A DNA stretch of 64,000 nucleotides from Roseibacillus sp. (GCA_051251855.1 JBPOGI010000005.1:128001-192000), one strand, 5' to 3'. Shown: positions 45,815 through 56,433, counted from the first letter of the stretch. Notes: generated by a model not told the origin, from the sequence alone. A program made the numbers and translations.

Positions 45815-48028
45815 ATGAAGCAAATCGCGATAATTTTCCTCGCTTGGGCGACAGTTTTTTGTCCTGCCCAAGAAGAAGCGGCAGCCCAGCCAGAGTTGAG
45901 CCCAGAGGAGTTGGAGCTCCGTGAGCAGGCTTTGATGATTGCCGATTTTGACGGTCAACGGCGTCGTCGACCGGAGGATGCTTCGGTTGAAACGCGTACA
46001 AATGCGCGAGCCATTACTCGTATCGTCCCTGCGCCGCGCGGAATTATCACCGACCGGAAGGGGCGTCCCATGGCGCGCAACAAGGTGGCCTACTATTTTG
46101 GGGTTCAGTTTCCACAGTTCGCTAACGACGTCACGGATGAGGATGTCATTGCGTGGTCTCAGCGGCGCTTGGATCAGGTGGCTGAGTTGGTGGGCAAAGA
46201 GGTGACCGTTAAGGATAAGGATCTTCTTGCGCATTATCGTGAGCGCCGCTGGGTGCCGATGCTTTTACCTCACTTGGCTGATGGGGATCAGAAGTCACGC
46301 TGGGAGCCGAAGTTGATGCGAGGTCTTCAGTTTCAGGGGATTTACTTGCGGGACTATCCTGCCAAGTCAGCAGCGGCACATATTATTGGCTATGTGCGTA
46401 GTTTAGGAAAGTTGCCCAAGGGGCCGATTCTTTCTGATGAGCCTATTTGGGAACAGACTTATGGCGAAGAGGGGCTCGAGAATACCCTTGATGATGAGCT
46501 GACGGGGACGCCCGGGGAATGGACCTTGCTGGTGGATGAAAACGGCGACCGTCTCCAAGACGAGCTGACGAAGGCTCCGGTGATTGGCAATACGGTGGTG
46601 ACTACTTTGGACCTGACATGGCAGGAGCATGCGGAATCAGTGTTAAGGCGTTCTTGTCGCCGAGGTGCCTTCGTCGTGGTCGACATTCAGACGGGTGAGA
46701 TTCTCGTTTTGGCTTCGCGCCCGAGCTACGATATTAATAAGTGGATTCCTTTCATCTCGACCGACGATTACAATGAGCTGCGCGAAGATGAGACGTCACC
46801 GATGTTCGCGCGCGCTTTTCGGGGGGCTTATCCACCGGCTTCAACTTTTAAGCCTGTGGTTGCGGTGGCGGCGCTGACTACAGGTGAGATTTCCGAGTGG
46901 TCGAAGTTCAACTGCCCACCCTTTATTACAATCGGTTCTCGCAAGTTTCATAACCACAGCAGCCGCCATGCGGGGATGGTGGACGTGAAGCTCGCGCTGG
47001 CAATTTCGAACAACCCATGGTTTTACCAAGTGGGAATGAAGGTGGGGCCGACTTCGTTCTTATCAGTGGCTCGGCGAATGGGCTTTGGGGTTCGGACGGG
47101 TGTTCCGCTTTACAATGAGTCCCCTGGAAGAATTCCCACTCAGGAGTATATGATTCAAAAGGAGGGTCGCCCTTTCACCGATGGTGATACCGCTAACTCC
47201 GCGATTGGACAAGGCTATGTGGCGGCGACGCCCTTGCAGGTGGCGCAGGCGATGGCGGCGCTGGGTAATGGTGAAATTCTGCCTCAGATGCGATTGATTC
47301 GTCAGATTCAAGACCACGAAGGAGGAGTGTTGGAGGCCACCGTGCCGACGAAGAGAAATTCTTTAGGTATTACCGCAAGTTCCGCTCGTATTGCACGCAC
47401 GGGTATGATGCAGGTGGTTAATGCAAAATACGGAACAGGTAAAAAAGGGGGAGTGAGTTTTTGCCGGGTGGCCGGTAAGACGGGAACCGCGCAGTGGCGT
47501 GGTAGCGGCCGTAACAAGCAGGAGCTGGCTTGGTTTTCGGGGTTTCTACCCTACGATAATCCACGTTTTGCCTTTGCGGTTTTATACGAAGGTTCTCCTG
47601 GTCAGTCGGTGAGTGGAGGCAACTATGCCGCACCAATGGTGGGTCGTTTCTTCAATCGCTTTTCGGGCGAAATTATGCAGAAAGCGCGCACCAAAATCGC
47701 TTTGCCAACTGATGAGATGGAGGAAGAGGAGGTCGATGATAGTGCAGAGGAGATGGAGCGCGACGAACAGCGCGAGCTCATTCTACGAGCGCTTCCTATC
47801 GACGGTGCGGGAACAATGCCAACGCCACAGCCTGGAGGAGCTGACGAAGGTTCTAATGGAGGGATGCTCAACAATACCCCTACTCTTCGTCCCTTGCAGC
47901 GTGCCCCTGAGAACGAGGGCTTATTGCGAGCGGTGCCTGTGCCCGATGATATCGAAGAAGAGGTGGTCCCTGCACTCGAGCCAACAACCGAGTCGGGTGC
48001 GATTCCTGCCCTGCCGATTGTGGAATAG
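45815..48028 (+). CDS. mrdA: Penicillin-binding protein 2-like transpeptidase, copy 1
   Basis: APRGIITDR, STFK, SNN, KTGT; acidic, Pro-rich tail. Confidence 0.9.
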   Translation: MKQIAIIFLAWATVFCPAQEEAAAQPELSPEELELREQALMIADFDGQRRRRPEDASVETRTNARAITRIVPAPRGIITDRKGRPMARNKVAYYFGVQFPQFANDVTDEDVIAWSQRRLDQVAELVGKEVTVKDKDLLAHYRERRWVPMLLPHLADGDQKSRWEPKLMRGLQFQGIYLRDYPAKSAAAHIIGYVRSLGKLPKGPILSDEPIWEQTYGEEGLENTLDDELTGTPGEWTLLVDENGDRLQDELTKAPVIGNTVVTTLDLTWQEHAESVLRRSCRRGAFVVVDIQTGEILVLASRPSYDINKWIPFISTDDYNELREDETSPMFARAFRGAYPPASTFKPVVAVAALTTGEISEWSKFNCPPFITIGSRKFHNHSSRHAGMVDVKLALAISNNPWFYQVGMKVGPTSFLSVARRMGFGVRTGVPLYNESPGRIPTQEYMIQKEGRPFTDGDTANSAIGQGYVAATPLQVAQAMAALGNGEILPQMRLIRQIQDHEGGVLEATVPTKRNSLGITASSARIARTGMMQVVNAKYGTGKKGGVSFCRVAGKTGTAQWRGSGRNKQELAWFSGFLPYDNPRFAFAVLYEGSPGQSVSGGNYAAPMVGRFFNRFSGEIMQKARTKIALPTDEMEEEEVDDSAEEMERDEQRELILRALPIDGAGTMPTPQPGGADEGSNGGMLNNTPTLRPLQRAPENEGLLRAVPVPDDIEEEVVPALEPTTESGAIPALPIVE

Positions 48029-48115
48029 GTTTTCGATTTGTTCGGTGGGGAGGTTCGAAACCTTTCTGAGTAGAGTTCTTGCGCTGGGCTAAACGTTTTC
48101 ATTGAATGGAAGGTG

Positions 48116-50032
48116 ATGAAAACAAATCAGTCGCTGAACGCGCTTCTCGTAGTGGGAGCTTGGCTTTGTGGGTGCGCCTTCTTGGGGGCTGATGCCAATG
48201 AGGGTGGGGCTGCTTTTCCTGAAAAAAAGAAAGCGCCTGCGGATGCTGTTCGCGTGATTACTCGGAAGATTCCGGCTCCGCGCGGTTCCATTACGGATCG
48301 GAATGGTCGAGTGATGGCTGGTAATCGAGAGGTTTATTACTTTGCTCTGCAATTTCCACAGTTCTCCGCAGAGGTGACGAATGAGGAGGTGTTGAAATGG
48401 TCACGGGAAAGGCTTGAGCAAGTGGTGGAACTGGCAGGGGAAGAGGTCGCCGTCAAAGATGAAGCGCTTATGAGCCACTACCAAGAGCGTCGTTGGGTGC
48501 CGATGCTTCTGCCTTACTTGGCGGAATCAAAGCAAAAAGGGGAGTTGGAGCCCAAGCTAAAGGAGGGGTTAAGATTCCAAAAAGTTGACTTGCGTGACTA
48601 TCCTGCGAAGTCGACAGCGGCCCATGTCATTGGCTATGTGCGCAGTCGAGGGAAGTTGCCAAAGGGACCGATTGAGGAAGGGGAGCCAATGTGGGAGGAA
48701 ACTTTTGGTCAGGAAGGTTTGGAGAGGACTTTGGAGAAGAAGTTGGCGGGGCAGCCGGGGAAGTTGACCTTAAGTGTGAGCGAATCTGGGGAGCGAATCG
48801 CTGAGGAATTGACCCAGTTGCCTGTTACTGGAAATACAGTAGTGACGACTCTGGACCTCACTTGGCAGGAGCACGCAGAGTCGGTGCTGAAGAGGTCCTG
48901 CCGGAGGGGAGCCTTTGTGGTATTGGATATCGAGACGGGAGAGATTCTGGTGCTGGCATCGCGTCCCAGCTACGATATCAACAAGTGGATTCCTGCTATT
49001 TCGTCCGAAGATTTTAACAGGTTACGTGAAGATAAGGCCTCTCCAATGTATGCTAGGGCGTATCAAGGAGCCTATCCTCCGGCTTCAACCTTTAAGCCCG
49101 TGGTGGCGGTGACAGCTTTGACGACAGGGGTTATTACAGAGTGGACGAAGTTCAATTGCCCGCCCTACGTCACGATTGGCTCTCGCAAGTTTCACAACCA
49201 TAGTAAGGAGCACGCTGGAATGGTGGACGTGAAGAAGGCTCTGGCAACTTCGAACAATCCTTGGTTCTATCAAGTAGGGATGAAGGTGGGGCCGACGGCG
49301 TTTCTTTCGGTGGCACGCCGGATGGGTTATGGGGTCCGCACGGGGGTGCCGCTTTACAATGAGGCGCCCGGTCTGATTCCGACTCAGGAGTATATGAAAG
49401 AGAAAGAAGGCCGTCCCTTCACGGATGGTGACACCGCGAACTCGGCGATAGGGCAGGGTTATGTTTCGGCGACGCCATTGCAGGTGGCGCAGTCGATGGC
49501 GGCTCTGGGCGATGGCGAGAATCTGCCGCAATTGCGATTGATTCGAGAGATTCGGGATTCGAAAGGAGCGGTTTTGGAAGCGACGAAGCCAGCGAAGAGA
49601 AATTCTTTAGGTATTACGGATCGTTCGAGTCGAATTGTTCGTAAGGGGATGATGCAGGTGGTGAATGCCAGTTATGGGACGGGTAAGAAGGGTGGAACGA
49701 GCTTCTGTCGGGTGTCTGGTAAGACGGGAACCGCGCAATGGCGGGGTTCAGGGAAGACCAAACAGGAGTTGGCGTGGTTTGCGGGGTTCTTACCCGATGA
49801 GAATCCGCGCTATGCGTTCGCGATTTTGTATGAAGGGACGCCTGGTCAGTCGGTCAGCGGAGGAAGCTATGCGGCACCGATGGTGGGTCGCTTTTTTAAC
49901 AAGTTTAAGGATGAGATTATGGCTAAAATTGGTGCCAAAGCTGAGACTCCGGATGATGATGCCGCGAGAGAGGCTGTTTCTAAGCCTGCTGCTGACCAAG
50001 AAGAAGCGGTCCCGGCTGCGATTGAGGAGTAG
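48116..50032 (+). CDS. mrdA: Penicillin-binding protein 2-like transpeptidase, copy 2
   Basis: APRGSITDR, STFK, SNN, KTGT; closely similar to copy 1. Confidence 0.9.
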   Translation: MKTNQSLNALLVVGAWLCGCAFLGADANEGGAAFPEKKKAPADAVRVITRKIPAPRGSITDRNGRVMAGNREVYYFALQFPQFSAEVTNEEVLKWSRERLEQVVELAGEEVAVKDEALMSHYQERRWVPMLLPYLAESKQKGELEPKLKEGLRFQKVDLRDYPAKSTAAHVIGYVRSRGKLPKGPIEEGEPMWEETFGQEGLERTLEKKLAGQPGKLTLSVSESGERIAEELTQLPVTGNTVVTTLDLTWQEHAESVLKRSCRRGAFVVLDIETGEILVLASRPSYDINKWIPAISSEDFNRLREDKASPMYARAYQGAYPPASTFKPVVAVTALTTGVITEWTKFNCPPYVTIGSRKFHNHSKEHAGMVDVKKALATSNNPWFYQVGMKVGPTAFLSVARRMGYGVRTGVPLYNEAPGLIPTQEYMKEKEGRPFTDGDTANSAIGQGYVSATPLQVAQSMAALGDGENLPQLRLIREIRDSKGAVLEATKPAKRNSLGITDRSSRIVRKGMMQVVNASYGTGKKGGTSFCRVSGKTGTAQWRGSGKTKQELAWFAGFLPDENPRYAFAILYEGTPGQSVSGGSYAAPMVGRFFNKFKDEIMAKIGAKAETPDDDAAREAVSKPAADQEEAVPAAIEE

Positions 50033-50118
50033 CTTCAAGAGGTTGAGATGCTATAGGTGAGAGTGATGTTCGTATCGAGGTTATCGATGAGGTTAATGGC
50101 CAGCGTTTTGGTAGTTTC

Positions 50119-50817
50119 TTGCTGATGAACGAAACAAAGTCTTCAGCTCTCGCGTGGCATTACTTGTTGCCTGCTCTTTTGGTCCCCTTGTTGGGGTCCT
50201 TATTTTATTTCGTGTGGTTGCCTGGGAACGCCTTTGCGCAATTGACCTATGGTGCGACCAAAGTCTTTACGCTGGTCTATCCGCTCTGCTTTGTGGGGTG
50301 GAAAGACTTGTTCACGGAGCGTCCGGTAGTGAGTTGGAAGAAGGTGATGGGCTGGGGAATGGGCTCGGGACTTTTGATTTGTGGTGCGGGAGTGTTGTTA
50401 ATGGTTTCGCCGGTTGGGGAGATGATTCGGGCGGGGGCGGGTCCGATTCAGGAGAAGGGTGAGTTGTTGGGCTTTACGGAGCATTTTCTGCTCTTTGCGG
50501 TCTTCATTTCTCTCTTTCACTCAGCCTTGGAGGAATATTACTGGCGTGGTTTTGTTTTTGGAAAATTGCGGGGGCGGGTGGGGGAGATGGCGAGTCACGT
50601 CCTCGCGGCTTTGGCCTTTGCGGCACACCACCTGGTTGTCACTTGGCAGTTTTTTGACCCTCCCTTGGCGATTTTCTTAGCGTTCTGTGTGGCGGTGGGA
50701 GGTTTTCTTTGGACTTTGCTCTATCAAAAACAGGGAACGCTCTTGGGATGTTGGCTGAGCCACCTTTGCGTAGACGTTCTGCTCATGGTGGTGGGGTATC
50801 AATTGATTATGAGCTGA
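50119..50817 (+). CDS. CPBP (CAAX-protease-like) intramembrane metalloprotease
   Basis: EEYYWRG, FAAHH, SHLCVD. Confidence 0.88.
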   Translation: MLMNETKSSALAWHYLLPALLVPLLGSLFYFVWLPGNAFAQLTYGATKVFTLVYPLCFVGWKDLFTERPVVSWKKVMGWGMGSGLLICGAGVLLMVSPVGEMIRAGAGPIQEKGELLGFTEHFLLFAVFISLFHSALEEYYWRGFVFGKLRGRVGEMASHVLAALAFAAHHLVVTWQFFDPPLAIFLAFCVAVGGFLWTLLYQKQGTLLGCWLSHLCVDVLLMVVGYQLIMS

Positions 50818-50872
50818 TGCCGTTTTTCGAAATCATTGGACAGGTTGCCGTTTGAGGTGAACTTGCTCGGTT

Positions 50873-51481
50873 ATGAAATGGATACCTTTAGCAATGGCTT
50901 TTGCAACTTCGACATCTTTATTGGCAGACTCAGAAGCAAGTGAATTGGCGAGTGTGAGTTCGCCTGAGTTTGTGTTGCAGTTTGAAGACTCGGAAACGGA
51001 ACCGGAATGGCGTTCCGTCAATGACGGGGTGATGGGTGGGCTTTCGCAAGGGGCCGCAGAAATGAAGGATGGAGTGATGGTTTTTTCTGGGACTCTTTCC
51101 CTGGAAAATAATGGCGGATTTTCGTCGGTGAGAACCAAGAGTGGTCTCTATGATTTTACGGGTGCGGAGGGAATTGCGCTGCGAGTGAAGGGGGATGGCC
51201 GAACCTATCAATTGAGGCTTTCGACGGATGCGAGGCATCGAGGCTCCTTGGTTTCCTATCAACGAAAGTTTGAGACGAAGGCGGGAGAGTGGATTGAAGT
51301 GAGGGTGCCCTTTGAGGAGATGAAGCCTGGTTGGCGTGGTCAGATGCTGAGCGGTCATGTGCTTGATTTCTCTCAAGTGAGCCAATTGGGTATTCTGATA
51401 GGCGATAAGAAGGAGGGGGACTTTCAGATCGAGTTGGATTGGATGAGAACCTATCGCCCGGAATTGGGGGCGGCTTCCTAG
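50873..51481 (+). CDS. CIA30 family protein
   Basis: WRSVNDGVMGGLS, LSLENNGGFSSVR, KGDGRTY. Confidence 0.92.
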   Translation: MKWIPLAMAFATSTSLLADSEASELASVSSPEFVLQFEDSETEPEWRSVNDGVMGGLSQGAAEMKDGVMVFSGTLSLENNGGFSSVRTKSGLYDFTGAEGIALRVKGDGRTYQLRLSTDARHRGSLVSYQRKFETKAGEWIEVRVPFEEMKPGWRGQMLSGHVLDFSQVSQLGILIGDKKEGDFQIELDWMRTYRPELGAAS

Positions 51482-51570
51482 GCCTGCGGCGATTCGAATA
51501 GACCCTCGCAGTAATCTCTGGAAAAAGGGCTGGACCTCAGGGCGCTGGGCAGGCAGTTAAGGGGCCGATT

Positions 51571-51993
51571 ATGGATTTTCAAATTGCCACTCTCTGTGAC
51601 TACGCTGCCGACCACCAAGGAAAAATGACCGTGGTTGCTCCCTTTGACGCTCTCGCTGCTCGTGAGCTTCCTGTTCGTCATCCTTCCTGCGCGCTTGCGA
51701 TGCGAGTTTGTATGACCCCCGAAGACAATGGCGAGCACACCATGCTCATTAGCCTGATTGACGAGGACGGTGCCGCAGTGAACCCACAAATGCCCATCAA
51801 GGCGGATCTTCCCGTGAAGATGCCTGATGATGTTGCTTTCGTAACTCGTAACCTGATCGTAAATTTTCAAGGCCTCGAGTTTAAGAAGACTGGAGTTTAC
51901 TCGGTAGATATCACTCTTGATAATGAACTCGCGGTGCGCATTCCTCTCCGCGTGGTGCAAGTTGACGAAAAAGGTCAGCAGCAGCCTGCATAG
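51571..51993 (+). CDS. Conserved hypothetical protein (DUF6941-like)
   Basis: LCDYAADHQGK...FD beta-sandwich pattern. Confidence 0.7.
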   Translation: MDFQIATLCDYAADHQGKMTVVAPFDALAARELPVRHPSCALAMRVCMTPEDNGEHTMLISLIDEDGAAVNPQMPIKADLPVKMPDDVAFVTRNLIVNFQGLEFKKTGVYSVDITLDNELAVRIPLRVVQVDEKGQQQPA

Positions 51994-52011
51994 TTCTTGT
52001 CCTCACATTTT

Positions 52012-52497
52012 ATGAAAAGCGACGTTGGGTTTATCTTCCTGACGTCGCTTTTTCTTTGGATATTAAGCGGATGTAGTCAGCCATCCTCGAAGTTTACCAA
52101 TCAGGAGGAGACCTCCTTTGAGGCCTTGCCATCTGTTCCGGCGGGGAAAGCGCGCTTGGTCCTCATTTTTGACCAGTCTCCTAAGACTTGGCGTATTTTT
52201 CCGATGGTCTTCTCGGTGGACCATAAGTTGGCACTTGAGATTCGAAGCATTCGCCGCTTTGCAGTGATTGATGTCGAACCTGGAGTTCGGACGATGCATT
52301 TTGGTTGGGGGCCTTATACCGAGCTTCTTAAGCCTCTCGTTTTTGACTTTCGACCCCAAGCGACTGGATACTTTCTGGTGAGTTCGGTTCGAGGCTTGTC
52401 AGAACCTCATGTCATGGGAGGGAGGAGCACGGAGATTGAGGTCACTGAGATCAGCGCCACCGAGGCCGCTCGTTTGATTGGGAATGATTCTCGGTAG
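52012..52497 (+). CDS. Hypothetical lipoprotein (DUF2846-like)
   Basis: Lipobox LSGC; GKARLV...IDVEPG. Confidence 0.55.
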   Translation: MKSDVGFIFLTSLFLWILSGCSQPSSKFTNQEETSFEALPSVPAGKARLVLIFDQSPKTWRIFPMVFSVDHKLALEIRSIRRFAVIDVEPGVRTMHFGWGPYTELLKPLVFDFRPQATGYFLVSSVRGLSEPHVMGGRSTEIEVTEISATEAARLIGNDSR

Positions 52498-52544
52498 TCA
52501 GCATGGGAGCTTGAAACTTTGAATCCCGCAGCCACCTTTCTCGC

Positions 52545-53357
52545 ATGAGCACGTCATACGAAACAGCCCTCGTCACTGGTGCCTCCGCCGGTCTAGGGGA
52601 GGAGTTTGCCACCCAGCTTGCATCTCGGCTTTCTCGGCTGATTCTGGTTGCTCGTCGCGAAGAACGATTGGAAGAAGTTGCGACGAACCTGCGAGCAAAG
52701 TTCGACGTCGAAGTTCTCGTTTTGACGGCCGATGTTGGTGAGTCCAGTGAGCGGGAGCGGCTTCATCATGAAGTGACCAAAAAGGGTTGGGAGGTGGATG
52801 TGCTCGTAAATAATGCAGGTCTGGGAGATTACGGCGAATTTCAAACCTCTGACTGGCCCCGCAACGAGGCCATGCTGCGGGTGAACTGCGAAGCTCTCAC
52901 TCACCTGTGCCATCTTTTCTTGCCTTCCATGATTGCGCGTGAAGGAGGCGCCTTCGTCAATGTGAGTTCGCTGGCGAGCACTCTACCGATTCCTGATTTT
53001 GCTGTCTACGCGGCGACAAAGGCATATGTGAGCAGCTTTTCGGAGGCACTTCGGATGGAGGTGCGCGACTTGGGGGTGGAGGTCCTCGCGGTTTGTCCTG
53101 GTCCGGTGCAAACGGAGTTCGGAGGCATCGCCGCGCGAGAGGAGGGTGGCCCAGGAATGCCCGGTGGTCGCAAAAATTTCTACGTTTCCAAGCAACAGGT
53201 GGTTGCGGAATCATTGGCCGCTCTCGAGGCTGGTCGGGCAACTGTTTATCCGGGTTGGAAAGTTGCGCTCGCCGCCGCCGGTATTTCTTTACTGCCGATG
53301 GTTGCGATTCGCCTCATGATGAGTTCTCGCCCCCGTCGTCAAAAGCTTCTTGAGTAA
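52545..53357 (+). CDS. Short-chain dehydrogenase/reductase
   Basis: TGASAGLG, NNAG, YAATK. Confidence 0.93.
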   Translation: MSTSYETALVTGASAGLGEEFATQLASRLSRLILVARREERLEEVATNLRAKFDVEVLVLTADVGESSERERLHHEVTKKGWEVDVLVNNAGLGDYGEFQTSDWPRNEAMLRVNCEALTHLCHLFLPSMIAREGGAFVNVSSLASTLPIPDFAVYAATKAYVSSFSEALRMEVRDLGVEVLAVCPGPVQTEFGGIAAREEGGPGMPGGRKNFYVSKQQVVAESLAALEAGRATVYPGWKVALAAAGISLLPMVAIRLMMSSRPRRQKLLE

Positions 53358-54738
53358 AATAATGAAATCGTCCCCCAATAAAAATACGATTTGGAAAATC
53401 CTCTGCACGGTTCTCGCGGTGCTGGTGGTAGTTCTTGGTCTGCGTAAGCCTCAGACAGAAACGGTGGAAAAAATCGTGGAAGTTCCTGTTGAGAAAGAAG
53501 TGATCAAGGTGGTGGAAAAAATTGTGGAGGTGGAGAAGCCGCCTGCACCGACCCCCAACCTTGGAGTCTCGAGTGATGCCGACTTGAGGGAAACCTCGAA
53601 GGGTTTTTCGTTTCGTTCTCGGCTAGAGTTGGAGAACGGCGGATTGGCGACCACGGAGAGAAAAGAGAAATCGGCCTATAAGGCAGAGCACGTTCTCACG
53701 GTCCGTGTTCCTCGTGCGGCAACCACTCTTGAAGAGTTGCAAGTGGGCAGTCCAGCCTTGGGCTCTCTCTTACCTGGTCTCGCTCCACTCGTTGAGGATG
53801 CGACCATTTCTAATTTTTTCGAGAAGCTCTACAGCAACAAAACGAGCCGCCTCAAAGACGACTCCGCAAAGTTGGGAAGCTTGCTGACCTCCCATAATTT
53901 TTTCGACTGTCAGACGATGCTAAATTTGACGGCCGATAACGGTCGCAAGGTCTTTTTATTGCAGGGAGACATGGATGTGGTGAGTGACGGTTCCGATGGA
54001 GATCGCTTACCTGAGATGCCTGATGATATCGTAAATTCGACCTACTATCAGCCGACTACGAGTTACGGGTGGGCCAAGGTTGGCAATGTTCCTAATCCCC
54101 TCATCAAAGGCTATGAGCGTCGTCTGGCTGTCGCGAAAAGAGAGCTGGGTGACTCAAGTGTGGATAAGGACCGAAAGGATTGGGTTCGCTCGCGGATCAA
54201 GAGTGTGATTCTGCCACGTATTGAGGAAATGAAACGCCGCAGTTTCCTCATTGCTGACTACGATCCTTTCATCGTGATTCCGATGAACATCATTCTTGAT
54301 AAATTGAATCTCAGCGGGCCGAGGGTAGGGGACAAGTGGGGGCCGAAGGTGGGTGACTACGCGGTTGTTCTCCATGAAGGAATTCTCTATCCTGCGATCG
54401 TGGGGGATGCTGGGCCCACCTTTAAGGTTGGCGAGGCTTCGCTGAGATTGGCCCGCCAGATTGATAGCCGGTCGAGTCCTTATCGTCGTCCTGTGAACGA
54501 CCTTTCAGTTACTTACATTTGCTTCCCTGGAACAGCCGAGAAGCCTCACCGACCCCCGAATTACGACGATATTCGCGAGAGGTGTCAGAGCCTGTTAGGT
54601 GAGATCGGTGGCGTGAAGGAGGGGGTAGAACTCTTCCGTTGGGAGAATACTCTTCCTGTAAGCGAAGAATCTGAGGAGTCCGCTCCTGAACAAGATGGTG
54701 AATCTTCCGAAGAAGATTCCGATCAAGACCCTAATTAG
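53350..54738 (+). CDS. Membrane-anchored glycoside hydrolase family 75 (chitosanase-like)
   Basis: DMDVVSDGS, PFIVIP, VGDYAVV, AIVGDAGP, GEAS. Confidence 0.75.
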   Translation: MSKIMKSSPNKNTIWKILCTVLAVLVVVLGLRKPQTETVEKIVEVPVEKEVIKVVEKIVEVEKPPAPTPNLGVSSDADLRETSKGFSFRSRLELENGGLATTERKEKSAYKAEHVLTVRVPRAATTLEELQVGSPALGSLLPGLAPLVEDATISNFFEKLYSNKTSRLKDDSAKLGSLLTSHNFFDCQTMLNLTADNGRKVFLLQGDMDVVSDGSDGDRLPEMPDDIVNSTYYQPTTSYGWAKVGNVPNPLIKGYERRLAVAKRELGDSSVDKDRKDWVRSRIKSVILPRIEEMKRRSFLIADYDPFIVIPMNIILDKLNLSGPRVGDKWGPKVGDYAVVLHEGILYPAIVGDAGPTFKVGEASLRLARQIDSRSSPYRRPVNDLSVTYICFPGTAEKPHRPPNYDDIRERCQSLLGEIGGVKEGVELFRWENTLPVSEESEESAPEQDGESSEEDSDQDPN

Positions 54739-54751
54739 AAATAGACCCTCC

Positions 54752-54961
54752 GTGGAAAAACTCGAACAAGGACAAGTCTGGAAAGCAGGCGAAGATTATT
54801 ATCGTATCGTTACCTGGCAGCGGCTGGCCATCGAATACAAGCACATCACGGACTGGGAGACTCGAGAGGGCACAGTGCATAAAGTGACGAAGAAAGAGTT
54901 TTGCCGCTTGATTCGGAGTGCCGAGTTATTCGTTCCTGAGGTGCCAGAGAGTGATGAGTGA
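54752..54961 (+). CDS. Small hypothetical protein
   Basis: GTG start, [11 protein letters not shown]...; overlaps the next gene start. Confidence 0.6.
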   Translation: MEKLEQGQVWKAGEDYYRIVTWQRLAIEYKHITDWETREGTVHKVTKKEFCRLIRSAELFVPEVPESDE

Positions 54962-55172
54962 GGGGAAGTCCAACGATCCTCTGCACGGTCTTACCTTAGA
55001 GACCATTTTGACCAAGCTGGTGGAAGAATATGGATGGTCTGAGCTGGGCTACCGTATTCGTATCAATTGCTTTCTCGCCGACCCGTCGATTAAATCGAGT
55101 TTGAAGTTTCTCCGCAAGACTCCGTGGGCTCGCAAGAAGGTCGAGGACCTCTATCTGGACAGTTTTTGGTAG
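54954..55172 (+). CDS. VF530-family (DUF2132) DNA-binding protein
   Basis: [10 protein letters not shown]...[28 protein letters not shown]. Confidence 0.92.
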   Translation: MSEGKSNDPLHGLTLETILTKLVEEYGWSELGYRIRINCFLADPSIKSSLKFLRKTPWARKKVEDLYLDSFW

Positions 55173-55269
55173 CGATCTGAAGTTCGTCTTCTTTTTGTTT
55201 GAACGGATTGAATAGTCGGGGGTCTTAATTAATTGGAAACGCCGTTCCAGTGTTTCGGTTACCAGTATC

Positions 55270-55476
55270 ATGACTACCATCTATAAGCTCTGTTTCGCTT
55301 TGGGCCTTCTTGCCACGGGAGGGGAAGTTGTGAACCATGGCGATGAGCATGCCGCCACTATCAAGAGGTTGGCGGCTCCGCTCTTGCTTGACCGTCGCCC
55401 CGATAAGGGGATTAGAGAGATTCCCGTCTCCGACTTTGAACAACTCCCTAACGGGATTCAGAGGGTTCAAGACTAA
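55270..55476 (+). CDS. Hypothetical protein
   Basis: 68-aa ORF with hydrophobic N-terminus; no family recognised. Confidence 0.35.
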   Translation: MTTIYKLCFALGLLATGGEVVNHGDEHAATIKRLAAPLLLDRRPDKGIREIPVSDFEQLPNGIQRVQD

Positions 55477-55481
55477 CTTGC

Positions 55482-55694
55482 ATGTTTGGAATCACCGAGG
55501 CAGATATCATCGGTTGGATTCTATTCGGAGGGATAGGAATGATTGCCTGCGCTTGGGGCAAAATGAAGGGCTATTGGCAACCTTGGGTCTTGGGCTTTGC
55601 TTTGATGGTTTATCCTTATTTCGTGGGACAAGGTGTTTGGCTTTGGGTGGTTGGAGTTGTTCTCACAGCTCTGTTACCGTTTGCACGAGACTAA
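55482..55694 (+). CDS. Small membrane protein
   Basis: LFGGIG...WGK...LMVYPYFV; three short hydrophobic segments. Confidence 0.75.
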   Translation: MFGITEADIIGWILFGGIGMIACAWGKMKGYWQPWVLGFALMVYPYFVGQGVWLWVVGVVLTALLPFARD

Positions 55695-55718
55695 TTTCTT
55701 AGGAGCGGGCCGCAGTTG

Positions 55719-56378
55719 TCAGCGGCGACGGCGGATGGCGAAGCCGAGGAGAGCAATTGTTGAGATGACTGCTACGCTGGGCTCTGGAATGGCCTGGATG
55801 TTGTCGATCCAGAGGGTGGCATCGATTTGGTCGCCGGTGAGATTTCCTCCACCGCCTTCGCCTGGAATGCTGGCTGCTGCGAGGATTTCAAATTCGGTGA
55901 CGTTGGAGAAGGTGTCTGCGTAGATTCCAGTTCCGGAAGAACCTGCTGCTGATACGTCTCCGGGCTCGATTGAAAAGGAGAAGGATTGCAGGTCGGAGAT
56001 GCTCGTAGAATTGGCGAGCAAGGCGCTCGAAGTAATAAACCAACCGCCGGGGCCGTCGAAGGCGAAGCGCAAGTTGAGTGAATCAGTCCCTCCATTGAGG
56101 GCGTCGAGGTTGAAGCCGGTGACGCCGGATGTGAGATAGTCGCCGGTCCATTGTGAGCTGTTGAAAGTGGCTAGACGGGAACCGCGCCCACCTCCTCCTG
56201 AGGAGGTTACTTGAAGGTAAGAACCTCCCGCAAGGCCGGTGTCTTGGACCGAGGTGCTTCCGGCGTTGTTTCCCCAAGCAGCGAGGCCTGAGTCAAAGGT
56301 GTCGATTTGATTGAGAGTGACCGCGCCGGCGTTGCTCGTGAGAATGATGGCTGCAATGGAAAGATTTTGGAGCTTCAT
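55719..56378 (-). CDS. PEP-CTERM sorting domain protein
   Basis: Signal peptide MKLQNLSIAAII; C-terminal IPEPSVAVISTIALLGFAIRRRR. Confidence 0.9.
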   Translation of the reverse strand: MKLQNLSIAAIILTSNAGAVTLNQIDTFDSGLAAWGNNAGSTSVQDTGLAGGSYLQVTSSGGGGRGSRLATFNSSQWTGDYLTSGVTGFNLDALNGGTDSLNLRFAFDGPGGWFITSSALLANSTSISDLQSFSFSIEPGDVSAAGSSGTGIYADTFSNVTEFEILAAASIPGEGGGGNLTGDQIDATLWIDNIQAIPEPSVAVISTIALLGFAIRRRR

Positions 56379-56433
56379 AGGGGGAAGGCTAGGTGATGCT
56401 TCAAGTGGTGTCGAGTTTGGGATTCTTATTGGG

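Noticed and set aside
50119..50817. Abortive-infection function for the CPBP gene
   Set aside because: The Abi label of this family is historical; it is an intramembrane protease in a housekeeping context.
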